57,761 nt of DNA, from positions 1 through 57,761 of the IMG/VR virus record IMGVR_UViG_3300034357_000936. The stretch is one strand, 5' to 3'. How positions within the stretch are numbered: position 1 is the stretch's first letter; each line of letters opens with the position of its first letter. The position numbers and the translations under genes were made by a program. This stretch comes from a virus. Taxonomy: Duplodnaviria > Caudoviricetes. The notes beneath the pieces were generated by a model. It saw only the letters and a program-made list of their open reading frames with translations, did no database searches and was not told the origin of the DNA. This document shows positions 34,879 to 44,870 of the stretch, one piece after another.

Positions 34879-36236
34879 ATATTCTTTTGTTTTAAAAAGG
34901 TTTCTAAATCTTCTGGAGTCCCAAGTCCCCACATTTTTTCTGCACTAAAGGTAGATATCTTTAAGCCAGATTCAATTGCTTGATTAAAAACTGGACATAC
35001 ATAAAATTCATTATTAACACGAATATCTTTATTTATCATTTGTTCTGCATATTTGATAAAATCTGAACCATGTTTCCAGTAATAATATCCAACAGTAGCA
35101 TTGTCTGAAATGGGATTTTTTTCCGCCACTTCTTCAACGAATCCAGATTCATTAACTTTTGCAAATGACCATTTTGGATGAGTCGATTTAAAGACAACAA
35201 TACCACCATCTACTTCTGTCTCTTGCATTTTATACAAGAATTCACTACTATTCCATTCTACAAATTGATCCGAATTTGCAAAGAAGAGGGGATCTTGATT
35301 ATTGATATGATCTTTAGCCAACAAAGCTGAACATGCTGCTCCTTCTGTGATTCCTTCGACTTCGACAATTTTACAATTTGGAGTAAGAAGGTTAAGTAAT
35401 GAATCTAAATTATACTTACTTCTGTGACTTTTTTGAACAATGTAAATAAAATTTGCATCAATGTTTAAATTATCAACGACAACTTGAATCATTGGTTTTC
35501 CATTAACATCAATTAATGGTTTTGGAAATGTATATCCAGCTTGTTCGAATCTGCTACCAGCACCAGCCATAGGAATAAGAACATTTATTTTTTTATTAGT
35601 CCATTTGGCAGTATTATTTTTCATCTTTGTGTTCGTATTCTTTTTTATGTTACTATAAGTAACCTCTTTAGGAGACTTGACTTGAAAAACATTTGCACCA
35701 CTAAGTTGAGCCGCAAGTAAACCATTTGGAGAATCTTCAATTATTAAAACCTCTTTTGGTAATAAAGAAAATTTAGAAATAGCTTGCCAATACATTTCTG
35801 GATGAGGTTTTCCATTTTTTACGTCTTCATTAGAAATAATCAAATCAAAGTAATGAATTATACACAATTTATGTAAAATCGTTAAAACGGTTTTTCTTAC
35901 GCTGTTTGAACAACAGGCTATTTTATAACCTTCTTGAGAAAGTTTATGAAAACAATTAATTAAAGCATCGTCGGGTTTAATTGATTGAAGTTGTTCAAGT
36001 GTAATTTTTTGTTTCTTTTCCCAAACTTTACTGTGATCTTCTTTTGGAAGACCTTTGTTTTTTGTTAAAAGATCTAATTTTTGAGTCGTTTTTAATCCGT
36101 CATAAATTGAAAGATGTTCACTTAATGATATCTTATATTTATCATCTAATGCTTCATTAAACGCCTTAAAATGAAGCTCCTTAGTTTCGATTAAAACTCC
36201 ATCTAAATCAAATATAATTAATTTTATATCATTCAT
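34875..36236 (-). CDS. HAD phosphatase fused to a sugar nucleotidyltransferase
   Basis: FDLDGVL, KPHP, EDSPNG; IPMAGAGSRF, PKPLI, EKNPIS, GLGTPEDL. Confidence 0.9.
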   Translation of the reverse strand: MNDIKLIIFDLDGVLIETKELHFKAFNEALDDKYKISLSEHLSIYDGLKTTQKLDLLTKNKGLPKEDHSKVWEKKQKITLEQLQSIKPDDALINCFHKLSQEGYKIACCSNSVRKTVLTILHKLCIIHYFDLIISNEDVKNGKPHPEMYWQAISKFSLLPKEVLIIEDSPNGLLAAQLSGANVFQVKSPKEVTYSNIKKNTNTKMKNNTAKWTNKKINVLIPMAGAGSRFEQAGYTFPKPLIDVNGKPMIQVVVDNLNIDANFIYIVQKSHRSKYNLDSLLNLLTPNCKIVEVEGITEGAACSALLAKDHINNQDPLFFANSDQFVEWNSSEFLYKMQETEVDGGIVVFKSTHPKWSFAKVNESGFVEEVAEKNPISDNATVGYYYWKHGSDFIKYAEQMINKDIRVNNEFYVCPVFNQAIESGLKISTFSAEKMWGLGTPEDLETFLKQKNI

Positions 36237-36269
36237 TCTTTGAAAACCCAACTGTGTTGGTGAGTTTTT

Positions 36270-37553
36270 TTAATTAACTTCTTCTATTTGATTCATTTTC
36301 AGCCAAAGCCAATTAGGAATTTCAATAACGCAAGAATCCTTTTTCTTTTTAATGTTTATTTGGCTTTTAGGTAGCCAATTTTCGCTATCATTATATTTAA
36401 AAAGGATAGCTTTTTCTGTTTCTCTTGAGATGGAACCTTCAAGAGAGGTTACTTCTTTTTGTTCTTTTTTATCTGTCATTATTTTTTATAAGATTGTATT
36501 TTTCTACCAACTCATGACCATCATCTTTTTTTATTTCAATCCAAACAAAATAATCTATTAAATTTTCAATTCCATTAGCGCAGAATTCCCAATAATTCTT
36601 TTTTCCAAAAGGATTAAAAAAAGCATCTGACTTTCTTAAAACAAAAGAAAAGAATTTATAATTAGATTTGTAAATCTTATTTAAAGCTTCTTCAATGCTT
36701 ATATCATTGCAAACTTCTCTTGTATAAGATTTTTTAGAGTCTAATCTTTCAATTAAGACTTTGTGTTTTAAGTTTAAACAATCTTGAATAAAAGAACCAA
36801 CTTGATCAAATTCAATTTGATAAATGTGATCGTGTCTAATTGGACCAGTTTCTTTTTTAATTAGTCTCTTTGCCATTTTCTATATTGATGTTAGATCTTA
36901 TTTCCTTTTCTTGTTCATGAATTTTAGATTCGGCTTCATCAATTAATGAATTAACCTTTTCGATTATTTTTACTGTTGCTCCTTCAAGGTAATCAACATA
37001 AACTCTTAATTCAGACCACTTTTCCTTTATTTGTGAAAATTCCACACAATCTTCGGCAATTTCATTAATATCCTCTGCTAACTTTTCTATTACAGGAAAC
37101 CAGTGGTAAGGAGTTTCAATGCCCCAATACATGCAACTTCCCTCTGGAGGAAGAGTAGCCTGTCGAAAAAGCTTAGGAAATCGATTAAAGATTTTTGCCT
37201 CTGCTTGATCAAATTGATCATGAATTCCTTGTATCATCTTTTGAATTTAAGATTATCTCTGCCAAATCTTTAGTGTTGCAAATCTTTTTTAACTTTTTCA
37301 TATTTGCGGTTTTTGCTTCTAGCTGATTGTCTCCGCATTTATTTTCATAGATATACCAACCGATCCAACCAGAAGCTTCAAAACAATCCTCTAGAGAGGA
37401 GAGCATACCTTCAAATGCAAGAAATATTGCATTGAATAGCGGCCCATCAATTTCAAGGCATCCTGCTTCGTTGGCTTTATCTACTGCTGAAGTCAGCTTT
37501 TGATAAAGATTAATAATCTTATCTAGTTTTTTAATTAGCTCTTGTTCTTTCAT
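36270..37553 (-). CDS. Four hypothetical genes (36270-36479, 36469-36876, 36857-37237, 37218-37553)
   Basis: Overlapping co-oriented ORFs; QIKEKWSELRVY motif in the third. Confidence 0.65.
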
Positions 37554-38049
37554 TTAAAAAATCAGTAATTATTTCTTCAAATTCTTCGTTTGCCACTCCG
37601 TAATAATCTGGAACCTTACAATAATTGCCAACATCAATTCCTAAGATTGACATCTTTTCTTCATTATGTCTAGGAGTAAGATTATCAATTAAAACATTGT
37701 TTTTGTTTTTGTATGGATTGATGAATTCGGGATCAAATCGAATATGATCAATCATAGCATAAATATCTTCTCTTGCCAAGATTTGATTTGAGGGAAATCC
37801 AAAATCACAAACGTTTACAACATTTTCTGCATAATCCCTTGTTCCAGTTGTAATCATCCAAACATTTTCTGCACCAACTAACTTGCGAGAAAATTCCAAC
37901 ATCTTCCATGCGTAAGGATTAATTTTGAGATTATAAACTTCGTTTTCTACTTTTATTCCTACGTCAAAATCAAATCTTTCATTTTCAGAAAAAACTTGAT
38001 AGGCACTAACGAGACACTCATCATTATCCCAAAAGATTTTATTTATCAT
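37531..38049 (-). CDS. HAD-superfamily hydrolase-like protein
   Basis: IFWDNDECLV, TTGTRDYA, LIDNL. Confidence 0.65.
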   Translation of the reverse strand: MINKIFWDNDECLVSAYQVFSENERFDFDVGIKVENEVYNLKINPYAWKMLEFSRKLVGAENVWMITTGTRDYAENVVNVCDFGFPSNQILAREDIYAMIDHIRFDPEFINPYKNKNNVLIDNLTPRHNEEKMSILGIDVGNYCKVPDYYGVANEEFEEIITDFLNERTRAN

Positions 38050-38154
38050 TTTTCTTTACCTTTTTCTTATCAAAGATTCGACTCCACCTTTTTGCCATTT
38101 CTTGTTCAGAAATTTGTTGAGGTCTTCTTTTGTCTCCCTTACCTGCACTCATAA

Positions 38155-38385
38155 TCAAAGAACCCATTCCCAACTGGTTGAAAATTCATCAGTGTGAAGA
38201 GTCGCAACAATATTGAACTCCTTCAACATTCTTGGAACTTCATATAAAGACTCTTCGTTTTCAATGAGGTTTTTTTCATTTAAGTAAGCAACCATCACGG
38301 TATATCCGTAATCGGTTGTTGCTTCAGAGGTATGAAAGACTGAAGGCAGTTCTTTGATCCTATCAATTATATCTGTAGTTTGCAT
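38155..38385 (-). CDS. Hypothetical protein
   Basis: ORF in operon. Confidence 0.55.
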   Translation of the reverse strand: MQTTDIIDRIKELPSVFHTSEATTDYGYTVMVAYLNEKNLIENEESLYEVPRMLKEFNIVATLHTDEFSTSWEWVL

Positions 38386-38902
38386 ATCTATTAAGAAATA
38401 GTTGTTTTGCTTGTTTTGCTGATTTGGGTTTTATTCTTTCATTTAGTGGTTTTATTTTTAAAAGCTTATTATCGCAGACGCTCATTAAATCTCTCATCTC
38501 TGTTGATAAAGCTATCAAATCATACTCTTTTACGATTTGTCCATATGGAAATTTGAATTGGAATTTATTTGCCAAAAACTTTTCCATTCTTGTTTCAGCT
38601 TTCTTAAAGCCGGGAAAGAACTTTTTGAATGGAGAAGGAACATCTGAAATAAAAGCCTCTGCCGCATCATGCATTAGTGCTGAATAAATTTCTTCTTGTG
38701 TTCCTCCGTTTTCCTTTACTTTATCTGCGACGAAGACAGAATGTTGAGCAACGCTATAAAATTCTTTAGTTGCTCCGTTAAATCTACAAATTAAAGAAAG
38801 AGCATGGGCAATATCTTCTATTTCTATTTTAGATTTCTCTGGATGGAAGTAATATAACTTTCCTCCTGTATAAGTCCTGATCCAAGCATCTTCTTTTTGC
38901 AT
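38363..38902 (-). CDS. HD-domain 5'-deoxynucleotidase (YfdR-like)
   Basis: IEDIAHALSLICRFNG, YSVAQHS, LMHDAAEA. Confidence 0.88.
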   Translation of the reverse strand: MQKEDAWIRTYTGGKLYYFHPEKSKIEIEDIAHALSLICRFNGATKEFYSVAQHSVFVADKVKENGGTQEEIYSALMHDAAEAFISDVPSPFKKFFPGFKKAETRMEKFLANKFQFKFPYGQIVKEYDLIALSTEMRDLMSVCDNKLLKIKPLNERIKPKSAKQAKQLFLNRYANYRYN

Positions 38903-38903
38903 C

Positions 38904-39530
38904 TTATTTATCGAAAATGATTTCAAATTTTTGCATTACTTGCATATCAATATTCCAGAAGTTTTTTAATGGAATAAGTTTTTCTGGCATTATGTCAACG
39001 AACTCTTCGTAAAGTTTTTGATTTTGTTTTAGAGAAAACCATTTTCCCTTTAAAAAACAAAACTGTTGAAAATATAGATAAGCATTTGCCTCCTTTGCAT
39101 AAGGCGCAGAATCAAACATTTGATATTTGTTAATATATTTGATCGCTCTTTTTTCACAGTCTCTTTCTAAGGCTATTACCGACATTACATTTTCATAGGC
39201 AAATGGATCAAACTTATTAGAGAAATCAAACCATCGCCAGTTTTTCCATTCATCTGAATCTTCAGCCTCCTGTTCTAAATGGCAAAATTCATGAATAAAA
39301 GTTTCAAAAGCTTTCCAGATTGAATTTTCATCAGATTGATATGCTACAACCAAACCTTCTTCGTCTGCATATCCCGTGCAAGCTTCCTTTCTATTTATAA
39401 GGAGATACTTGACATTTCTAAATTCAATCTTTTTATCACATCTTTCTGCAAAGTCTAGAGCGTAGTCCAAAAAAGCCATGCACTCTTTATTTGTATTTTT
39501 TAAAGTAAAAGGTGTTTTGACTTTTCTCAT
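38904..39530 (-). CDS. HExxH metallopeptidase-like protein
   Basis: FIHEFCHLEQ...LERDCEKRA. Confidence 0.6.
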   Translation of the reverse strand: MRKVKTPFTLKNTNKECMAFLDYALDFAERCDKKIEFRNVKYLLINRKEACTGYADEEGLVVAYQSDENSIWKAFETFIHEFCHLEQEAEDSDEWKNWRWFDFSNKFDPFAYENVMSVIALERDCEKRAIKYINKYQMFDSAPYAKEANAYLYFQQFCFLKGKWFSLKQNQKLYEEFVDIMPEKLIPLKNFWNIDMQVMQKFEIIFDK

Positions 39531-39561
39531 GCAATCACTTTAATGCATTTTGTTCACAATG

Positions 39562-40038
39562 TCAAGAGAAACTTTCAACCAAAAACTTTTGCTCCATCGC
39601 GTAAAGTTTACCTCGACCAAGGTTAATAATATTCTCTTCTTTTTTTACATCACTTGCTTTAGCAAAGCCTTTGAATTCATAACGAGGAAACTCTCCAACC
39701 ATAAGAGCATAATAATCAACCTCATCATTCTTCCATAAAGCACAAATTAATTTTCCAGTTTTATATTTGGTGGTTTTAATGTCGATCCTTTTGCCATTTA
39801 AAATGCAATCTCCAGAATCGGTTTCTTGTGATGTTACTTTTACTTCTAAATCGGGATAAAGATTAAACAATTTACAAAAAGCAAACTCTCCACCAAACCC
39901 ATCAAGGTCAGTCAAGTGATCACTCTGTTTTCCTTTTCTAGCATTCTTTACACCGTTTTGGCGATTTATTTCAAATCGTGATCTAGCAATATATTGAACG
40001 ATTTTTTGTTCAATGTCATTTAAAATAATACTTTTCAT
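39562..40038 (-). CDS. Possible PD-(D/E)XK nuclease-like protein
   Basis: GFGGEFAF...GDC...IDIKT. Confidence 0.5.
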   Translation of the reverse strand: MKSIILNDIEQKIVQYIARSRFEINRQNGVKNARKGKQSDHLTDLDGFGGEFAFCKLFNLYPDLEVKVTSQETDSGDCILNGKRIDIKTTKYKTGKLICALWKNDEVDYYALMVGEFPRYEFKGFAKASDVKKEENIINLGRGKLYAMEQKFLVESFS

Positions 40039-40850
40039 TCCCACCAAGGACTTTTTAGTTTATGAGCAAAATAAGTGTTTTCTTTTTCTAAAGCTTCAAT
40101 GGTTGTTGCCACTTCAACAGGCTTGCCTTCCATAGCTTCCCAACACTTCTTTCTGAACTTATTATGCTCTGCTCGCTTTGTCAAGTCCAAATATCCAAGA
40201 TGGATAACATGAGGCATTGAAATATCAAAAGATTCAGCCTCTTTATTTGTAAATGGTTGAGAAAATCTTGGATCAACAAAATAAGGAATAAGATTTCCAA
40301 TTTCATCAATTAATTCACAAGAATCACTCTTATTGATGTCAAGAGAACCATCTTCTCTTTTAGCAAAATTAACAGGTCCACGGTTACTTCCTTCTTTATG
40401 ATGTAAATACCATTTTCCGCCAACGCTCTTGTAATGATTATAGTCTTTGTAAAGATCAATAACTGGAACCATTGCAGCAAGCGGGGCTTTTCTATTTTTT
40501 AAAACGTATTTTAAACTATCCCACTGTTCTGTATCTCCACCAATTCTTTCATCCATGTCTTGTTGAATAACGAATTCATTTGAACAGGCTTGAAGAGCGG
40601 CGTTTTTAAGTTTGCCATCAAAAAGAGGATCATCTAATGACGTATCAGGACAAGAAACTATCTGAAATTCGGGAATATCCCAAAATCCACACATTTCAGA
40701 CCCTACAATTGCTGAAATATCTTTAGCCTGATCCTCAAAAGTAGCAATTACAATTTCATCAGCATATTGTGACCAATTTTTAAACGCCCCAAAAAGATCA
40801 AATTTATCAGGATCATAATTAAATAAGGAAGTATAAACAGAGGCTTTCAT
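40035..40850 (-). CDS. GT2-like glycosyltransferase
   Basis: ADEIVI, KNAALQAC, QDMDE, HLGY. Confidence 0.7.
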   Translation of the reverse strand: MKASVYTSLFNYDPDKFDLFGAFKNWSQYADEIVIATFEDQAKDISAIVGSEMCGFWDIPEFQIVSCPDTSLDDPLFDGKLKNAALQACSNEFVIQQDMDERIGGDTEQWDSLKYVLKNRKAPLAAMVPVIDLYKDYNHYKSVGGKWYLHHKEGSNRGPVNFAKREDGSLDINKSDSCELIDEIGNLIPYFVDPRFSQPFTNKEAESFDISMPHVIHLGYLDLTKRAEHNKFRKKCWEAMEGKPVEVATTIEALEKENTYFAHKLKSPWWE

Positions 40851-40852
40851 AA

Positions 40853-41611
40853 TTAGTCTTGTAAAATTTCTGGTAAAGGTTTTCCAATAGACTTAAAATG
40901 AGACTCATTAAAATGCAAACCCTTTTCTTCATTCCATTCATATGAACAGACTCCATTTTGGTGATCTTTTTGATAAATGCATTTTCTTTTGCCTAATTCA
41001 TTATTTGGCCAAGTATAATGAGGAATCCAAGCTATTTGTTTAGAAACTTCTCTATTTTTAAGGGATAAATAATTAATTACCTGCCCAAAATCTGTGATAT
41101 AATTTGCACAATTATCCCAAAAGAAAGAGGAGAATGAACACCCTAGTTTATTCATTTTGAAAACTCTTGGAGGAATGAAGGGTTCTTTTAAATAAGTTTG
41201 ATTATCAAATACATAATTCTTATAACTTAAAGACCACCAAAACGAATTTTTATCGTTTTCTATAAATTCAATAATGTTATCAAGATCTTCCTTAGATGGA
41301 ATTTCATCTGCATCAGCAATCCATAGATAATCTATATTATCTTCTTTTAAATAATCTAATGCTAAATTTCTGGCAACATTATCTTTAATATATTTTGGCT
41401 CATCAATAAAGTATTTAATTTTACCTTCTTGAAACGTCTTTCTTAAAATTTCAGTAGTCTTATCTTCATAAGGTTCTTGATTTTTATACTCTTCGAAGGG
41501 AACAGAAATAGCAGCAATTACAAACCTTTCATCATTTAAGAATGGATCAAGGGCTTGCTCAACAGTTTCTTCATGATTATATCCACAAAAAATAATTCCA
41601 AATTTACTCAT
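40853..41611 (-). CDS. GT2-like glycosyltransferase
   Basis: DKTTEIL, ARNLAL, WIADADE. Confidence 0.7.
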   Translation of the reverse strand: MSKFGIIFCGYNHEETVEQALDPFLNDERFVIAAISVPFEEYKNQEPYEDKTTEILRKTFQEGKIKYFIDEPKYIKDNVARNLALDYLKEDNIDYLWIADADEIPSKEDLDNIIEFIENDKNSFWWSLSYKNYVFDNQTYLKEPFIPPRVFKMNKLGCSFSSFFWDNCANYITDFGQVINYLSLKNREVSKQIAWIPHYTWPNNELGKRKCIYQKDHQNGVCSYEWNEEKGLHFNESHFKSIGKPLPEILQD

Positions 41612-41643
41612 TTTATTTAACTTTCACACTTTATTATAAGAAT

Positions 41644-42030
41644 TTAGATATCGTTATCAAGTTCTTTCTTTTTTTTCTTACTATGTCTTTCGTTATTGCA
41701 GACACTACATGCTAAGGCTAGATTGTCAAGGTCATTTGTCGCCCCGCCCTCACATCTTCTTTTTAAATGTTCAATCGTGCAGTATCTTGGATCAGATGGA
41801 CAAAGCGAAAAATCAAAGGGAGCCTTGCACCAGCAACAAAGATTTCCATCTCGTTCAAGTAGATATTCTCTTAAAACCTTCTTTCCAGAAGAGGATTTCC
41901 AAGAAGGATGGAACTTAACAATTTTCTTTTTCGATGTATTTTTAGGGAAGAAGTCTTTTAACTTATCTTCAATTTCTTTTTGGGAAACCCCCCAAATATT
42001 AAGCGTTACAGTAAATGCGTCTAACTTCAT
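41644..42030 (-). CDS. HNH endonuclease
   Basis: RDGNLCCWC, TIEH, GG, DNLALACSVCN. Confidence 0.88.
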   Translation of the reverse strand: MKLDAFTVTLNIWGVSQKEIEDKLKDFFPKNTSKKKIVKFHPSWKSSSGKKVLREYLLERDGNLCCWCKAPFDFSLCPSDPRYCTIEHLKRRCEGGATNDLDNLALACSVCNNERHSKKKKKELDNDI

Positions 42031-42644
42031 TTAATCAAAAGAGAATTTAAAGAAACTTTTGCCTCATAAGGTTTCGTCATAGAAACTCCATGACCATAAA
42101 AGTTTCCTCCACCAAAAATAACTGATAAACTAACTGGACTCGATAAACATTCTTGAAACCCTTTAAGACTTTCAGAATCAAACGTTGGAGTTTTTCCGTA
42201 AACACTGCACCACTCAGAACCGCTACTGTCTCCCGGTTCTAAGGGAATTGATAAAGAAAATTTACCCTTTTTTAATTCTAATCCCCTATTGCAAAACCAC
42301 CTATTATATTGACCAAACATGTTTTTAATTATGCAAATTCGAACGCTTTCGGGAGCCGTTCCTAAATTTGTATTTATGTCTGGTCTTGTAAATTCGGCGT
42401 TTTCACTGCATGAAACAGAAAAAGAAAGGGAGATGTTCTTTTTATTTTTAAGTGTTATTTCTTCATAGCACCTTAACATATTTAAGCTTTTAGGAAAAGA
42501 AGGAATTGAAGCGATTACCTTACCTCTTTGTCTTTCTAAGTTTTCATTAGAAGTCGAATACTCCATGTTCCAAAATACTTCGGGCTTAATTAATTGAATT
42601 GATCTCATCATGGAATACAATATCACTTTTCCCTCTTTTGTCAA
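42027..42644 (-). CDS. Hypothetical protein (start uncertain)
   Basis: ORF; RW...W.SVYGK...FGGGNFYGHGV. Confidence 0.6.
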   Translation of the reverse strand: MTKEGKVILYSMMRSIQLIKPEVFWNMEYSTSNENLERQRGKVIASIPSFPKSLNMLRCYEEITLKNKKNISLSFSVSCSENAEFTRPDINTNLGTAPESVRICIIKNMFGQYNRWFCNRGLELKKGKFSLSIPLEPGDSSGSEWCSVYGKTPTFDSESLKGFQECLSSPVSLSVIFGGGNFYGHGVSMTKPYEAKVSLNSLLIK

Positions 42645-42686
42645 ACAAAAAAGTTGACAACAGCAAAAATCGGGTTACATTGGCCC

Positions 42687-43214
42687 ATGAACATATTCTT
42701 CTTGAATCAAAATCCGTCCCTCGCAGCAAAAGATCTCTGCAACGTGCATGTTGTTAAGATGATTACAGAATCACTTCAAATGCTAACAACTGCCACAATT
42801 CGTCATGGCGTTAAAGAAAGTCAACTTCCGTTAACTAAAAAAGGAACTCCTGTTAAGAAGACTCACGAAAATCATCCATCTACTGTTTGGGCTGGAAATA
42901 CTCGATCTAATTATGATTGGTTATGCGAACACGCCATGACAATGTGCCAAGAATATACAAAAGCATACAAAAAAACCCACTTTTGTGAAAAAGGTATTTA
43001 CACCTTGTCTTCTTTGAATTATCTTATTCCAGATGGTCCTCTTCAAGAATTTGCGGTAGCCATTAGCGATCATATGAATTGTCGTCAATTGCCTGATTTT
43101 AATATGATGTCTGTTGTAGACAAATATCGTAATTATTATAAATTAGATAAACCCTTTGCTAAGTGGACTCATGGGCGTCAACAACCAGAATGGATTAACT
43201 CTTATCCTCTATAA
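42687..43214 (+). CDS. Pyrimidine-dimer DNA glycosylase/DenV-like family protein
   Basis: MNIFFL...HVVKMITESLQML...HENHPST...NYDWL...YRNYY; leaderless promoter TTGACA(42654). Confidence 0.8.
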   Translation: MNIFFLNQNPSLAAKDLCNVHVVKMITESLQMLTTATIRHGVKESQLPLTKKGTPVKKTHENHPSTVWAGNTRSNYDWLCEHAMTMCQEYTKAYKKTHFCEKGIYTLSSLNYLIPDGPLQEFAVAISDHMNCRQLPDFNMMSVVDKYRNYYKLDKPFAKWTHGRQQPEWINSYPL

Positions 43215-43250
43215 TCTTGACATGTCTTGTTTTTTGTGCTATATTGACAC

Positions 43251-43985
43251 ATGAAAATGAATACGGTTGAACTACCAAAAAAAGTTCTCTATCCTTATCT
43301 GACAAAAAGCGGATACGTCACGTTCGCAAGAACGAAAAAAGATGTTCGTAAAGAAAATTACGAAACAATTTATCTTCCTGATTGGCTTGTTGAAGCTATT
43401 AAAGAAAGAATTGAACTAGAATCAGAACGAAAAGTTAATGAATTTAAAAATCAAGTAAAAAACTTATTTTCATGAAAACACTACCAAAGACATTTAAAAA
43501 GTGGGGCGCAAATTGGACAATCATTAATCGTAATGATGATTGGTGTTTAGTTCGCCAAGATTGGCCATTGGGAGGCTATAATATGAATGTTTGTAAAATC
43601 AAAAAAACAAACGATTGTTTAATGCCTAATGGCAAAACCATTCCTGCTAAAGAGACTCTGCCTTGTGCAGAAGAGTATGGCAGGATTGCTTGGAACTTTG
43701 GTAAAGATATCGAAGGTGCTGAAAAGAAATTTGAAGAGTTGACAAAACAATAATACATATTTACATATGAATAAATACGATACATCAGCTATTCCAAAAG
43801 CATATGAAAAATTTGGAGTTCCTTATCTGTTAAAGTCTCCAAGTGGTTTTATTTTCAGATCTGAAAAAGATGGGAGCATTCAGATCCTATCTCAAAATCA
43901 AGAAGTCATTTTTGATATTCCAAAAAGCGATGCAAATATTTTATCGCTTTGGATTATGAATAGGAATATAAACTTAGACAGTTAA
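43251..43985 (+). CDS. Three small hypothetical genes (43251-43475, 43472-43753, 43767-43985)
   Basis: Co-oriented ORFs with TTGACA promoters. Confidence 0.6.
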
Positions 43986-44828
43986 GATCCCTTTTCTTCT
44001 ATCAACTTCTTCGATTAAGATATAAGGGATTGCGCGAACCTCTTGGCCCCAATCGTTTTTCATCTTTGGATTATTAAATTCTTCCATCTTCTGATAAATA
44101 TAATCACGAAGAACGATGTAATCGTTTGGTTTATTTGTTTGGCATCCTAACGAAGATGTTGAACTTTGTCCACCAGAGTGCCAATTAATTGCATGATATC
44201 CCGTATCTTCATACGAAGGATTTCCATCCCTAATCACTGTAAATGGACAACACTGTCTAAATGCAGGAGTCCCCTTATGAGTTCCCTTTCCAAAGAACCA
44301 AACACCCTTCTTCAAACAAGCCATTCCCTTGTTTGATCCGGTCCCGTATCCTTTTCTAAATCCATTTGGGTCAGTGTTCCCATCAAATGATTTAACTCCT
44401 TTTGGGGTAACAATAAAATGTTTGTCGTCATAAATGCGACGATCATTTTTTCCTTTTTCTCCTGCGTCAAGATTGAATCCACGAATTGCTACTGCAATAA
44501 CGTGTTTTTCTGGATCAAATCCGTTACTGATAAGTTTTGCGGAATTCTTGTAAATAATTTGAACAAGATCCGTTTCGGAAAAAGAAGAAGAGGGACTCAA
44601 TTCATTCCCTTCTTTCTGGAATCCTAATTCAATAAACTTTTCATAAGTTTTTGAACCAACAACTCCATCTGCTTTAAGATTAAATTGCTTTTGAAAAGTG
44701 ATTATAGATTCTTCAGTATTTTTACCGAAAACACCATCAATTAGACCTTTGTAAAAACCTTCGTCATCCAAAAATTCTTGCACAAGTCTAACTGCACTAC
44801 CTGAGTCTCCTTTTCTTAAAACCTGCAT
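43974..44828 (-). CDS. Peptidoglycan-binding domain plus YkuD/L,D-transpeptidase-like domain (endolysin candidate)
   Basis: LRKGDSG..V..VQ..L..DGVFG..T...FQ...DGVVG; INWHSGG...SSLGCQ. Confidence 0.78.
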   Translation of the reverse strand: MQVLRKGDSGSAVRLVQEFLDDEGFYKGLIDGVFGKNTEESIITFQKQFNLKADGVVGSKTYEKFIELGFQKEGNELSPSSSFSETDLVQIIYKNSAKLISNGFDPEKHVIAVAIRGFNLDAGEKGKNDRRIYDDKHFIVTPKGVKSFDGNTDPNGFRKGYGTGSNKGMACLKKGVWFFGKGTHKGTPAFRQCCPFTVIRDGNPSYEDTGYHAINWHSGGQSSTSSLGCQTNKPNDYIVLRDYIYQKMEEFNNPKMKNDWGQEVRAIPYILIEEVDRRKGILTV

Positions 44829-44870
44829 ACTTACAGATACACGATTTTATTATTGAGTGTAATTAAATTC

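Noticed and set aside
38363-38902. DatZ / Z-genome system
   Set aside because: The HD protein looks YfdR-like and no purZ is visible in the window.
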